Origin: Antedon mediterranea
Lineage: Eukaryota > Animalia > Echinodermata
Direction of reading: 5' to 3'
NCBI RefSeq assembly: GCF_964355755.1
Contig: NC_092673.1
Span: 11,132,948-11,196,947, forward strand
DNA length: 64,000 bases
In this document: piece after piece, positions 25,620 to 38,850 of the stretch
How positions within the stretch are numbered: position 1 is the first letter of the stretch
Layout of the letters: each line of letters starts with the position of its first letter
Translations under genes and position numbers: made by a program
Notes under the pieces: generated by a model
The model's input: the letters and a program-made list of their open reading frames with translations, nothing else
The model's database searches: none
Told to the model about the DNA's origin: nothing

Positions 25620-26139
25620 CACAAAAACAACCATTTTACGGTCAATAGTTTTTGAGATTATAGAAATATGTACTACCAGTACAGGTCAAAGGTCAATAAA
25701 AATATTTCGGGTCATTTTCTTGAAAAAGTTCTTATTAGACTGAATAGAAACATATACCTTCAGATTAATTTGAGCCCTATTTAAAGTTTGTCCAACTATT
25801 AGTTACGGAGTTATATGATATGTAGGTCAAAGGTCAAATTTGTCAAAAATCATACTTCCAGCCATTTTTGGACAAACTTTTCCATTAGAACGAATATTAA
25901 TATGCATCTTCCAAATAATTTGACACTAAAATTATTTCATTTAATCTAAACGTTGCAAAGATATGATCATTTTGTTTTCAATGGGTCAAAACAATCAAAT
26001 TGAGGTCAGAGGTCAAAGATGAATTTTAGAAATTTGACAACATGGGTTTTTATAACCAGCATGATTCAAATATTCATAAAACACAATGTTTACACTTTCC
26101 CCATGATCTGCACACGAAAATATATAGGGATCTGGACTA
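25620..26139. mobile_element. solo Academ-like end
   Basis: Ends ..GGATCTGGACTA (rc TAGTCC, as at 7256). Carries the same AGGTCAAAGGTCA-rich subterminal motifs; no partner end found. Confidence 0.5.
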
Positions 26140-26896
26140 TCAAGTCTATTGAAGCATTTGCTTGCTGTTTAATAAAAAAAAAACACGCTCTCGGTGAAAA
26201 TCACAGAAATTACGTAACTGTGATCCTTTAGGCCTACATTTATTTTTATTGAATGAAATAATGAATGCTTATCACATGGAACTAAAGTAAACTTACACAA
26301 GATAAAATCAAGTTTATTTGTAATTGAATGCTGTTTTATTAAATCACAATATTCTTCTCCAAACTCGTTTGATTTTCCTACGAGCTTATATTCGAAGTCG
26401 ATTGACATTCAATTGTCAAAAAACTGGGTTTTACGTCTGCACAATCAAATAAACTTGATTCAATCTGTTGTACGTTTTTACGACGAATGATCCGTAATGG
26501 TTATCGCCGAAATAAACACTTTAGATGATGAATCTTATAAACTGTATTACACCAACATCGACATCCACAATATATGTAAGAATGTGATATATCTACATTC
26601 ATCAAAACCCAGCAACGAAATTATGCTGCACATCTGAATCTGATTAGATCATCCGATAATGATCGGATGACGAAAAAGCTATTCTTCTAAGATGCTCGAA
26701 GCGTGGTAGAAATACGAACACGTTATTCAAACAAGTTCTCAATAATGTTGGAATGGATAGACAAGCCTTCATTAACAACTCGAAGGCCCGCTTATTTGAA
26801 TCGGCATTTATTTATTACATGCCATCTAGAACAAGCAGAGAGATGTAATAAGCAGAAGGCTAGAGGGCGTACTCCAGACTGAAAGTGGTGGGGTTC

Positions 26897-27960
26897 GGAG
26901 CCATATACATATATATAAAGAGTTATGACATTGGATTATAGTCACGTGATATGCAGATCAAATTGTGTCAAACTTGTCTCCACCATTAAAGCATGTAAAG
27001 TATAGGAGCAACAAAATACTTTCAACTTTTTCTTATATTTAAAAAAATGTAATTGCACATTTTACAGTGAAATATCGACGTGCACAGCGTACAGAAATAC
27101 TTGCGACAAAAAATATTGCCCGCGCATGTGCTAGTAGGCCTACATTATAACGTTCGATTGATTGATTTTTGAACAAAACTTCCCATCACTAATAACAATT
27201 ATGTAATATTTTCAATTCATAATACATGCTTTAATGACTAAATAAAATAATAAAGTGTCGTGGATATAAATATTAACAAATGTTAATATACTGAAAAGGG
27301 TATGAACAATATTTAAATAATAAAGGCAAATTATTACAAATTAAATGATGAACGAGTCTCTGAATGGCGCAGTTTGTGTAAAAAACAGACAGAAAGCCAT
27401 ATACTGCATAAAAAGCTAAGAGGGGTGAATTTGTTTGTTTTTTGTATTGGTTTATTCTTTGATGTATCCTAACTTGCATGTAGGCCCTAGCATTTATTTT
27501 TTTGTTATTATAAAAAATATATATATATTTTAACAAATCAATACCATTAATAAAATTAATTACTGAAATAAAAACGGAATATAAGCGTTATTTCATTGAC
27601 AACAAAATCTAAAAATAATGCATGAACTATAGGAAAACGCTATACAAAAGAGACGAGCGCGCCCTCAGCGTGCGAATTCTTTGACACAAAAATGGCTTCT
27701 AATCTTTAATGTCGTTACTCTTTATATAAACAAAGATCTTTATATTATAATAAATAAATAATATGGCTCTGGCGCTATCGATATTTCACCGTAAAATGTG
27801 CAATAACATTTTTTTAAATATAAGAAAAAGTTTAAAGTATTTTCTTGCTCCTATATTTAATACTTTACATGAATTAACGGAGACAAGTTTGACACAAATT
27901 GATCTGCATATCACGTGACTATAATCCAATGTCGTAACTCTTTATATAATATGGCTCTGG
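26897..27960. mobile_element. palindromic non-autonomous element (GAGCCATATA...TATGGCTC ends)
   Basis: 26897-27080 is the inverted repeat of 27775-27960; an extra terminal copy lies at 27705-27772. TSD not resolved. Confidence 0.55.
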
Positions 27961-27967
27961 CCGGGCG

Positions 27968-29311
27968 GCGATTTTTTTTTTCGTACATAAGTTGGGGACC
28001 CCCTCATGAAACGTCACAAAATAAACATGAATAATTCATCAGTTAAATTTTCTTGTTCCGTGTGCACCCAAGCGTATAGCAACAACAAGAAGTGATTACA
28101 GTAGTTTACACAAGTGCGGTACGGATTCTAGGCCTATCTCCGCTGTGGTTGCCGCGTGCGATTTCATAATAGAATAGCGGCGTTTTGTGTGGATTGTCGA
28201 AATAATCAGCCTTTAGTTTATGGTGTGTTTAATATAATTTATTACTAAAGAATTACGTGTTAAAATTATAGTTTCTATTGATACTATTAGGCCTAATTAC
28301 TATTCTCTAAACCCATGTCTATTCTAGTAGTAGCTGTGTTGGTGTGTGTGACGTGTGTGTTAGAGTCAGCAAAATTAAACAATAAACATTACACAAAAAT
28401 ACATTTTTTATTCTCGTGGGTCTAACCTTCCCATCTCATGTGTTCATATACGCGCAGTTCCTTTGATTACATGCATATTGTTTGATAATAAAATAGCAGA
28501 ATTAAAAAAATACAGTACACAAATTATACACATTCTTTATTCTTGTGGGTCTAAGCTTTCTTTGGGCTATGTCCAATGAATTACTACTTAGTGTAATGTC
28601 TTGCCTAGCTGTCGATTAGCCTCGACTCGACACATTTTGCATAGTGGTGTGTGTGTGTGAAAAAGAAGAGTGCGCGAAGGCAATCACGTGAATTGACTTA
28701 GAATCCTAGGCCTACACAACTGCGATACGATACTTTCTTTCTACAGTAGGCCTAGGATTCTAAGTCAATTCACGTGATTGCCTTCGCGCACTCTTCACAC
28801 AAAATGTGTCGAGTCGAGGCTAATCGACAGCTAGGCAAGACATTAAACTAAGTAGTAATTCATTGGACATAGCCCAAAGAAAGCTTAGACCCACAAGAAT
28901 AAAGAATGTGTATAATTTGTGCAATGTATTTTTTTAATTCTGCTATTTTATTATCAAACAATATGCATGTACTCAAAGGAACTTTAAAAATGCGCGTATA
29001 TGAACACATGAGATGGGAAGATTTGACTCACAGAATAAAAAATGTATTTTTCTGTAATGTTTATTGTTTAATTTTGCTGACTTATTACTCGGATTGTGTC
29101 ATACCAAAGATAGTTTGGTCATATCTAACACACACACGTCACACACACCCACACAGCTACTACTAGAATAGACATGGGTTTAGAGACTAATAATTAGGCC
29201 TAATAGTATTAATAGAAACTATAATTTTAATTTTAAATGATGAATTATTCATGTTTATTTTGTGACGTTTCATGAGGGGGTCCCCAACTTATGTACGAAA
29301 AAAAAAATCGC
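27968..29311. mobile_element. Mutator-type MITE with internal foldback, 9-bp TSD
   Basis: TIR GCGATTTTTTTTTTCGTACATAAGTTGGGGACCC..; TSD GGCCGGGCG (27959-27967, 29312-29320). Internal inverted arms ~28260-28712 and ~28748-29230. Confidence 0.85.
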
Positions 29312-29364
29312 GGCCGGGCGCGCTGGCCAGAGCCATATAGAAACACGCCCTCTACATAATATTG

Positions 29365-29402
29365 GTTGTCATGGTCAACTGGAACGCGTACGACGTAAAC
29401 AT
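29365..29402 (+). promoter_or_regulatory. RFX X-box and forkhead (FOXJ1-type) site in the CFAP77 promoter
   Basis: GTTGTCATGGTCAAC (29365-29379) resembles the X-box GTTGCCATGGCAAC; GTAAACA at ~29395. About 170-200 bp upstream of the ATG of a motile-cilia gene. Confidence 0.6.
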
Positions 29403-29563
29403 GATAAATGCATCTGCTGTTTGTCTAGTCTTCCTTCTGCTGTTGGTGCGATCGGTCGACGACGCGGGGTGGTCTTTAACTTATTACATCAAAGATTGTT
29501 ATAGGACAGCTAGCTTGGCCCTAAACTAGTTATTTATTTTAAATAAATTCCCAACCACTAATA

Positions 29564-29620
29564 ATGAGTGTAGGAGTGTTTGATACTGATGTGTTATACG
29601 ATAATCCACTTTTAAGAAAG
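29564..29620 (+). CDS. CFAP77: CFAP77 exon 1
   Basis: MSVGVFDTDVLYDNPLLRK then AG|GTAAGG donor, phase 0; matches the 'GV..D....NPL..K' start of CFAP77. Confidence 0.8.
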
Positions 29621-29835
29621 GTAAGGGCAGAGTGACGCATCTATCCATTATCATCATGTCATGATGGTCCATATAGCCTAGGCCTAGGCCTAGATAGATC
29701 CCAGATAGGCCTAGCCTAGATAGGAATCATGATCTAGGCCTAGCTAGGCTACATGATCTACATTGTACTGTAGGCCTAGTAGTACTAAGTAGGCCAGGGC
29801 CTAGCTAGATGCCTAGGCCTACTCTGGCCGGCATA

Positions 29836-30748
29836 TGACCGTTTCGGCCACAGACAGTTTCGGCCACAACATATTTCTATGGCGCGCCATTCACGCATTA
29901 GACCGTGCTATATTGTTTTTGCTATTAATAATTATTAGTTATCGCATCTCATGCTTTGTTGTATAGTATCTTTTATGACTATTACTACACATTACAGTGT
30001 TATCATTCTTAACGTTATTCCACTACAATTTGCATTTATTAGATTTGTTGTTTCCAGTTTAGTTGTATCATGGAGTAAATTGTATTTTATTAGTTTGCTT
30101 GACGTCTTGGCGAAAAACAAATTCAACTGTCAGTGACACAGTTAAATACTCTCTTAGTACAGACGTATTAATAGTTTGGCTATGAAAGAAGAAATTCTAA
30201 GAAAAAAAAAAAGAAATTTAATTAAAACGTTTTTCCTTCCATTGCTTAGGTGACCTAAGGAACAAAGAGGAATATCAGGAAAAATGTACATGACGTTAAT
30301 AATTCTTTACTGAAAACATTTAATTATCACTTTAGTAAATCTTTGTTTCTTATATTATAAATCATTTCTATTGTACCCTGGTGCATACAATTAGTATCAC
30401 TTAGGCCTAATTCAATTCATTTCGTTTATTTGTAAAAACTATACATTTTAATTTTCACCGTATTGTATTTTTTGTACTCTGAAATATTCGTTTCTTATCT
30501 CATCATGCCACCTACTGTAGCTACAAAATACGTGTTCGTATTTTATTTCCATTATTAATTTTTAATTGCCAAGTTTGTCCGTGTCCGTGTTTTCCTGTGT
30601 AAAAACTAAAGTAAAACACAATGAAATCGATAATCCTGTATTACATTGTCGTGTCTCATTTTTCCCCTATCAATGGCACTATGGGCGTTCCATAGATATG
30701 GTAGTATTATTGTCTGTGGCCGAAATTGTCTGTGGCCGAAGTTGGCCT
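29836..30748. mobile_element. non-autonomous TIR element with TTCGGCCACA subterminal repeats
   Basis: TTTCGGCCACAGACAGTTTCGGCCACA at left is inverted to TGTGGCCGAAATTGTCTGTGGCCGAA at right. Confidence 0.6.
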
Positions 30749-30900
30749 AATCCCTCTGGCCTAGCTACTACTATAGTAGGCCCAGCTAGGCTAAGGACTT
30801 TTCACTTTATCTTTCAGTATTTGAATAATGTTCAGTTTGAAAGAGTAGGCTACCTAGCTAACCTAGGCCTACCTACTAGGGCTAGGCCGACGGTGTATTG

Positions 30901-32332
30901 TCGAAGCGGCCGCCAACCAAAGCGGCCGCCAGTTTAATAATAATATCGTCATTTGTATGGAACGCTATGTGCGCTTTAATCTTTGATGTTGTCAACGCCA
31001 TGGCCTATCTTTATATTTCTATTTCAGTTTGCCTGCCGATAAATCAATGTATATTTTATTTGTAGTTTACTATTATAGCAATTTTAACTAATTTTTAGTC
31101 ATTTGTAATACAATTCATTTCAGTCCTTGACTGTCGTTTTGTAATATATTTTTATATACCGAATAAATAAATAAAATAAAATATTCACATACTATTGAAT
31201 CATTAATAATTTACACGTTTGCATCATAATCTACGTACTATTGAACCTTTATATCTCATTTACATACTATTGAATCTTTATATCTCTCTCTTTTTTTAAA
31301 TATATTGGTAGTGAAGGGAAAAAATAACGTTGAACTGACCCGACGTTTCTCGAGAACTCTCCTATCGAATCAGTATTCACATTAATAGTTTACGTACAGT
31401 ACTGTTGAATCTTGTTTACATACTATCAAATCTTTATACTACGGTGGCTGATTTCCGCCAAACAAAAAAATTATTTTATAATAATAATATATAATATATC
31501 TCGTTTACATACTATTGAATCTTTATACAGTATTGCATTAATAATTTACATACAGTATTACCGAATATTTATATCATTTACATACTGTTCTATCGAATCT
31601 TGTTTTTTATTATTAGTAATACTTAATAGGGTGTGTTATACATTAAGTGTTATTCCATTGTAATACATTGTTTGTGTTTTCAATAAAGCAATGTGGGACG
31701 CGCACCAAATACAGCAGCCCTATTGCTGGCCGCCAGTCGAGTTATTAGCAGAAATTCGCGTAATTAATTACCGTACCATACAGACACTTGAATCTTATTT
31801 TAGTATTTAAAACTCATTTTAAATTGATCAATATTTATATATCTGAAGGTATAAAATAATGTAGGATATTAAATAAATAAATTGCTGTCATCATGTTATT
31901 GTAATTAAATTATGATTGCGAACACTACTACCTAGTTACTTTACCAATTAATTGATATACAATAACGAATATATATTTATATATTTTGATATATTTATTG
32001 AAAAAATATATATAAGTCTTAATAATTGGCTTATTATATAATTATAAATAATATACTGTACAATACAAACACCACAATGTATTTTATTGACTTTATTAAA
32101 CATATTATAATTTAGAACAGTTAAAATAAGTAATCATTGATTTGCCATTTCGTTTATTAAAGAACGTATCACATTCAATCTGTAAAAAAAGAGAATAAAT
32201 TACATAATAATGTAGATTGTTATTTACGTCCAATCAAAGATTACAAAACAACGACAATCAAAGCGCACACGGCGTTCCATACAGATTACCGTTATTGAAC
32301 TAGCGGCTGCTTTGGTTGGCGGCCGCTTCGAC
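30901..32332. mobile_element. non-autonomous TIR element
   Basis: TCGAAGCGGCCGCCAACCAAAGCGGCCGCCAGTTTAATAA is inverted to TTATTGAACTAGCGGCTGCTTTGGTTGGCGGCCGCTTCGA. Confidence 0.6.
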
Positions 32333-33684
32333 CGTAATCCGGCCAGACCTCGACAGGTTACAGGGGAATTCGTTATTTACGTGTCTTTTTAAAAAGCATC
32401 ACATAATATTTTTTGGTAGAGTTTTTAGTATTATATAAGTAGTAAATACAATGTGAATTTAATATCAAATAAATATTTATAATTAACAAACAATAATAAA
32501 AAATGTCAGGGATGTCAGTGTCACCACGGTGGTCGGCGATGGACAGCCCCGTCACTCGGAATTTCCGACCACCATTTTCATGACTCTGACCACCACTTAC
32601 GCATGTTGATCATAGCCCCGATCGTAGCCTATTTTTCGTAACTTACTACTACGATACGATGTATTGTTATTATAATTATCAACGCGTCGATCGTAGGGTG
32701 GTTAATAAACGAATTTAGAAGGCTTAGGCCTACCTCCCAAACCTTTACTAGGCCCCCAGCCCGCGGAGTCGATCCACCACCCACCTACATGCGAGGCTCC
32801 GTTTTATGTGCATCCATCCAAGGACCAAAGCGATAATCAACAACTTGCTGCTCATTGTCAAGTCAAAGTAAAATTATGGTGTTATATTAGGGATAACGAT
32901 GTACATTCAAAAGTTTATATATCACGGTTTTTACTATTTAGTATAAATATTATTAAATATTATTATAATTAAAGAAATAATTATGAAAATCTGGCTTGTA
33001 ATTGTATATTCCAAAATATAATGCCAAAAATATCACCAAAAAGTGATCGTTTTTAGCCAAAAATGACAAAAACATGTTGCCCCTCAGTCGGCAGTTGTAT
33101 GAACTAGGCCTACTCCATTTTTCGGTAAAATAATTACATAAAATCACGTTTTTTAGTAAATTATTTTGTGTATTAATATATGATATTAAAAGATTAGTAA
33201 ATAAAAAATAATATTTATTTAACCTCATTCAAAGAATGTCAATACTCTATTAATTAGTCCTGAGAGACAACGTGACTTTACGTGGTAGGCCTACACGCGA
33301 GAAAAATTATGGAGTGCACTGAATTTTTACCTCGAAAGATTAAAAACAATTAAATTATTAAATATTATTATTACTACTTTCCTTTGCTGTGTTGTTATGG
33401 CGTTTCAAACCAACAAAATTGTAATATTTAATTATATATTATTTATTTTCATGACACAATAAACCAAGACCATGAACTTATGTACTAGGACACCACCCTA
33501 ATCACTTTGCGAAATGTCGTAAAAGACGCATGCACTAGGCGTTTCATAGAAATCACTGGCGGCTCAACTTGGCGGCGGCCCAACCGGTCATATCCCGTTA
33601 GGTCTTGGGACTCCAGCGTTAGGGAATCCGACACTCTATTGCGCATGCCCAGTGTGAAGTAATCGGCGACTCTCTACTCTACTA

Positions 33685-34155
33685 CCCCTTTTACACCAAA
33701 AGCAAAACTCCGGAGTTGACACCCCGTTGTTTTGGCGTGAAATGTAAAATCAAGCAACTCCGGAGTTGTAACTGCGGGGTTGAACAGCTGAACATTCTCC
33801 GGAGAGCGAACTGCGGGGACACCCCAGTGTTTTGGTGTGAAAATGCAATCCAGTCAAAAGAAAGAATAAATAAATAAAGGTACCAACGTCAAACTCCGGA
33901 GTTTTAGGTCAAAAGGTCATCCTCACATGATCACTCATTGCTTTAACAGTTTTATTTCAAAATACTTTAAATATTTGTACAAGATATATAGCGGGTTAAA
34001 AAATATCAATAAAACATATTACTTCTAATTATTAAAAATATTATTAATTTTAAAATGATTCTAATGATCGTCGCTATGTAAACAAACAAAATACAGGGCA
34101 ACATTTACCATTTTATTTTATAAACGCTGGTGTTGCTAGGTTGGTGTGAAAGGGG
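33685..34155 (+). mobile_element. TA-flanked MITE (CCCCTTTYACACCAA TIR), short copy
   Basis: TA-CCCCTTTTACACCAA...TTGGTGTGAAAGGGG-TA; colinear with 35566-36041. Confidence 0.7.
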
Positions 34156-34849
34156 TATACTAGACTAGCAGCGATGGATCATTCATCATGACATATAGCT
34201 ACTCCACGGCGTAAATGGCTAACTACTACTACCAGCTAGATGTGACTAGTGGCCTATTTATTTCGTAATTTAAAAAGTGGTTGCTTTATTCATATATGAA
34301 TTATAATTACATGAATAGTTTTATGATTTTTCAAGTACAAAATAATTAGATTTCATATAACGCATTATACTGTACATACAGCAATCGTATCAAGTTGGTT
34401 TGTTGACGACAGCTGATGAAAAAAAAAAAAAACTGTTCGGGGAGTCGGGATCGCAACGCTATTAAAAAAAATAGTACACAGTTCATTCCTTTCTACCTTG
34501 TAGTGTAGTGTGAACCCTGGATGCAGCCCACGAATTTCACGTCGGCAATAGCTGAGCTTAAATTGTCAGAGGATGGCATTCTCTTGCCGACCTAGAAACT
34601 ACTGTAGGCTAGATCCGTCCTTTTAAGCCTCCTCCGCAACAACATAGTACTATGGATCGTATCATTGAGACTTTAACACTAACAGGCATATTCACCACCA
34701 TATGGTGTTTAGTTAACAAACCATGGAATTAAGATGATCCTTGAATTCACTCAATCATTGCATCAAGCACTGCATGCTTTCTATCAAGCTGGCTGGGCAC
34801 AGCGCGAGACCTATGGCATGTCAGGATGGACATAACTATGTTAAGTTGA

Positions 34850-35312
34850 CCTCGCTCGTGTTATGTAGACATTGCTCGTGTTGAGTTTACACATCACTTG
34901 TGTTATGGAAATGTCGCTCGAGTTGAGTTTACACATCGCTCGTGTTGAGTTTACACATCGCTCGTGTTATGTTGACATCGCTCGAGTTGAGTTTACACAT
35001 CGCTCGTGTTGAGTTTACACATCGCTCGTGTTATGTTGACATCGCTCGTGTTGAGTTTACACATCACTCGTGTTATGTTGACATCGCTCGTGTTAAGTTT
35101 TTACACATCGCTCGTGTTATGTTGACATCGCTCGTGTTGAGTTTTTACACATCCCGCGTGTTGAGTTTATAAACATCGCGCATGTTGAGTTTTTACACTT
35201 CGCACGTGTTGAGTTTTTACACATCGCACGTGTTGAGTTTTTACACATCGCACTATTGAGTTTATACACATTGCACGTGCTGAGTCTTTACACATCGCGC
35301 ATGTTGAGTTTA
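34850..35312 (+). repeat. ~19-23-bp minisatellite
   Basis: Repeated TTTACACATCGCTCGTGTTGAG / TTGACATCGCTCGTGTTATG units. Confidence 0.9.
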
Positions 35313-35565
35313 TACCAGTGATAAAGCCGAAGGCCGGATGGCAATCTATAATGTTATCGCAGTTCAAAAAGTGATTCTCCATGGAGAGGGAACCAATAAG
35401 ATGGCGACTGCAATCAAGTTTTTACGCATCTCTCAGATCATCATGCAGAGAAGGAGAGGAGGTGTGGTTAGAATGTCCCGTTCTCGTCCCTTCTTCTCTT
35501 GTCATCAGAGAGAGTAGAAATCAGAGTAGAATGAATACAATGAAGGAATGTTGCTACTTATTATA

Positions 35566-36125
35566 CCCCTTTCACACCAAAAGCAAAACTCCGGAGACAC
35601 CCCGGAGTTGACGCCCCGCAGTTTGGTGTGAAAGGTAAAATCAAGCAACTCCGGAGTTTAAAACTGCGGGGTTGAACAGCTGAACATTCTCCGGAGAGCG
35701 AACTGCGGGGACATCCCGGTGTTTTGGTGTGAAAGGTACCAACATCAAACTCCGGAGTGTTTCGGGTCAAAAGGTCATCCTCACACGATCACTCATTGCT
35801 TTAGTTTTATTTAAATACTTTAAATATTTGTACAAAATATATAGCGGGTTTAAAAAATAATAAGTAGTATCAATAAAATATTATATTACTTCTGAGACTT
35901 TTGAAAGTAATTATTAAATTAAAAATATTGTTAATTAAAATTATTCTAATGATCGTTGTGATGTAAACAAACAAAATAGAGGTCGACATTTACAATTTTA
36001 TTTTATAAACCCCGGTGTTGCTAGGTTGGTGTGAAAGGGGTATCTCCGGAGTTTCTCGACGTTTTGAATGGTCATAAACCCCGGGGTGTCTCCGGAGACA
36101 CTCCAGAGTTTTGGTGTGAAAGGGG
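35566..36125 (+). mobile_element. TA-flanked MITE (CCCCTTTCACACCAA TIR), long copy
   Basis: TIRs at both ends with TA flanks; repeated CTCCGGAG palindromes. Confidence 0.75.
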
Positions 36126-38511
36126 TACTAGCTAGTAGAAATAGGGGTCCAAATAATAGAATACAGGTCAACCCGTACCCATACCAACTCTTATTCAAAT
36201 TTTGGCTCACTCGTACCCAACATTTTTTAGCTTGTCCGCCTGTACCATCATAATAATTAATATAGTCATAGGTCCAGAGCCAAATCTAGCTACAGGCCTA
36301 TAGGCTACTTTCTACCAGGCTGATAGTCTGATAATGGTACTGAGCTATCATACCTAATAGAGTACTGTATTTAGTTACAGTAGGTCTAACTTTGGTACAT
36401 ACAAAGGCATAGGTAGCCTTGCATGGTACACCTAGGTTGTCCTCGGTAGGCTTTGTTTTTCTTTTGACAATCTAATAAGGGACCCTGCAACACTGGAGAC
36501 AGAGAAGGAATGATGATAATCAGACTTAAATGTTTTATTTTAGAGATTACTATTTCATTTCGCATTACATTGTCACTCACATTTCACTTTTCAATGTCTC
36601 AACAATTTTGTATTTTTATTTTTCAAATTTTACTTGTTTTACAAAAGCGTAGCTAAATTATACAATGCCATTAAAAAAAATTATCATGATAGTAATAAAA
36701 AAAAATATTCAACTCGCATACATACTAACCCTATAGTATAGCAGAACATACACGATACTCCTATCCTATATGGGATATTCAAAAATTGTAGTTACTGTAT
36801 TGTTCCTAATAAACGCCCCGCCACTAATGAATGCTCAATAAATATGCATGTGTATCCAGTCCATAGGAGCCATAAAATAGTAAGAAGCCAAATTTTTTTC
36901 ACAATGATGTACCCACCTACCGATGTTTGTAAGCGCCTTATACTCTACCTTTTAATAATAACCAAACTAGGGTAATTTTAAGCTAGGCCACAGCCTTTCG
37001 GTTCTGCTTTGTTTACTTCCGCTGCGTGTCGCGGGAAAGATTGCTGCTTCAGCACACTAAAATACGCTCGATAAATCCCGCTCAACTATTGTTTCTACTG
37101 TACCACCGTACAGCTAGGCTAGGCCTAGTATGTTGATAAACAAGCTTATTAAATTTCTTCGGTATATTTCTATCTAACAGAGTTAGTGTACACTTGCGTT
37201 TTATAAACTCTCGACAAATTTAAATCACCGACAAAGTTGTTAAATCGACTTTTAAATCTGTTATAATTCTACAATAAACTAGATTTAATTCGTCACTATG
37301 ACAAATTATAAGTTATATGCATTCATTTAAATAAAGATAATTGATTTTCAAATAATATATTGATTGATTGATTTTCTCAGAATTTTCAATAATTTATAAT
37401 AATTATATTATAGGATCTTGCTAACGCGAATACAGTAGCCGGTATCACAATCCGATCAAAGATCCCTCTGTGTATAATGTCATGAACCACATTTGTTGTT
37501 ACATAATAATAAAGACATAAGTTACTTTTTATCTAGATTTTATTATAAATCATGTGTACTATACACTAAGAAATAAAATTGAACCAACAATACGGATAAT
37601 TGGATAATAAGAAAAAATCTTATTTCGTTTCATTTCCTAAGGTGAGACTCGATTTCGGTACCTTGAATGCCATAGACATGAGCACAGACCACCGAGTCAT
37701 ACACAACTGACTAAAGAGTTGTAGAAAGAATCCTCTGTGTATTTACTATGCAGTAACCATATTTTAGATTATTACATACTGCAATGAATTATAATTTTTT
37801 ACTATGATGACATTTTAAAAAATTTCAAAAAAATGATGCACTGTCAAACTATATATTTTTAACTTGAACATTTTAAATAAAGAAAGTTAATGTTAAGTTT
37901 GTTATTTCGGAGAGTTTGTTTGATTGGAGAAATTAATTTAAAAAAATTTAAAATGCAATTAATGATGACTTAATCAACTGGCCACTTCTTTGAGTTGAGA
38001 TAATACGTAAGAAAGAACATGGAAGGCTTGTTGTAATCATTCAACAATCGAGATAATTTATTGTGTAAATTCTCCATTATAGTTGTGTAACTTCTTATAC
38101 GCTGGCATCGTCTCAACTAGCCACACTACTGTAGCCAGTGAGATTTCTATTATACGTCGACGTCGCCTGGCCTGGCATTTATGCAAATCTGAAATCAACT
38201 TAGATAGGCATACGTTCTACAACAATTACGTAATCATTAGCCCGTTTACGCATACACTGCCGTTACATTCATAATAAATCATTCATATGATACTGTACAT
38301 ACACTTCAAGAAAATGAAATGAAAAATAGGTGTTCCCGAGCATTCTGACGATCTATATTTTAAATTTTTAAATTCTACATATTCGAATCTCTTCAACGTG
38401 GTAATATGTTGTTGCTCAGACAATTTTCTTTCGAAATTGCTATCTTTGTGTTTCATTTTTGATAACCTTCCCTCCCAAAATTGCTATCTACGTGTTTCAT
38501 TTTGATGACGT

Positions 38512-38818
38512 GTTTCATTTCATTTATTTCGTCTCACATAATTATAACAAAAAATAATTGAAATAAATGAAATGAAATGGAAAAAAAAATAACAAACAAT
38601 ACAGAGAGACAGTATTCCCAAAAGCGAACTAAATCAAACTATCAAGTGGGTCTCCAGCAAAACAAAATCAATCAACAATAAAATACAAAATTACAACATT
38701 AAAAACAACGTGAAGATTAAAAAAGTACAAAATATCTATACAAAAGTTACCCAAGACATTATCATTATTATTATTATTGTTATTATTGTTATTATTATTA
38801 TTATTATTATTTTTATTA

Positions 38819-38850
<32 letters not shown>

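Noticed and set aside
28906-29166. Duplicated 86-aa ORF (also 40787-41047) as a gene
   Set aside because: Both lie inside MITE copies and have no protein motif.
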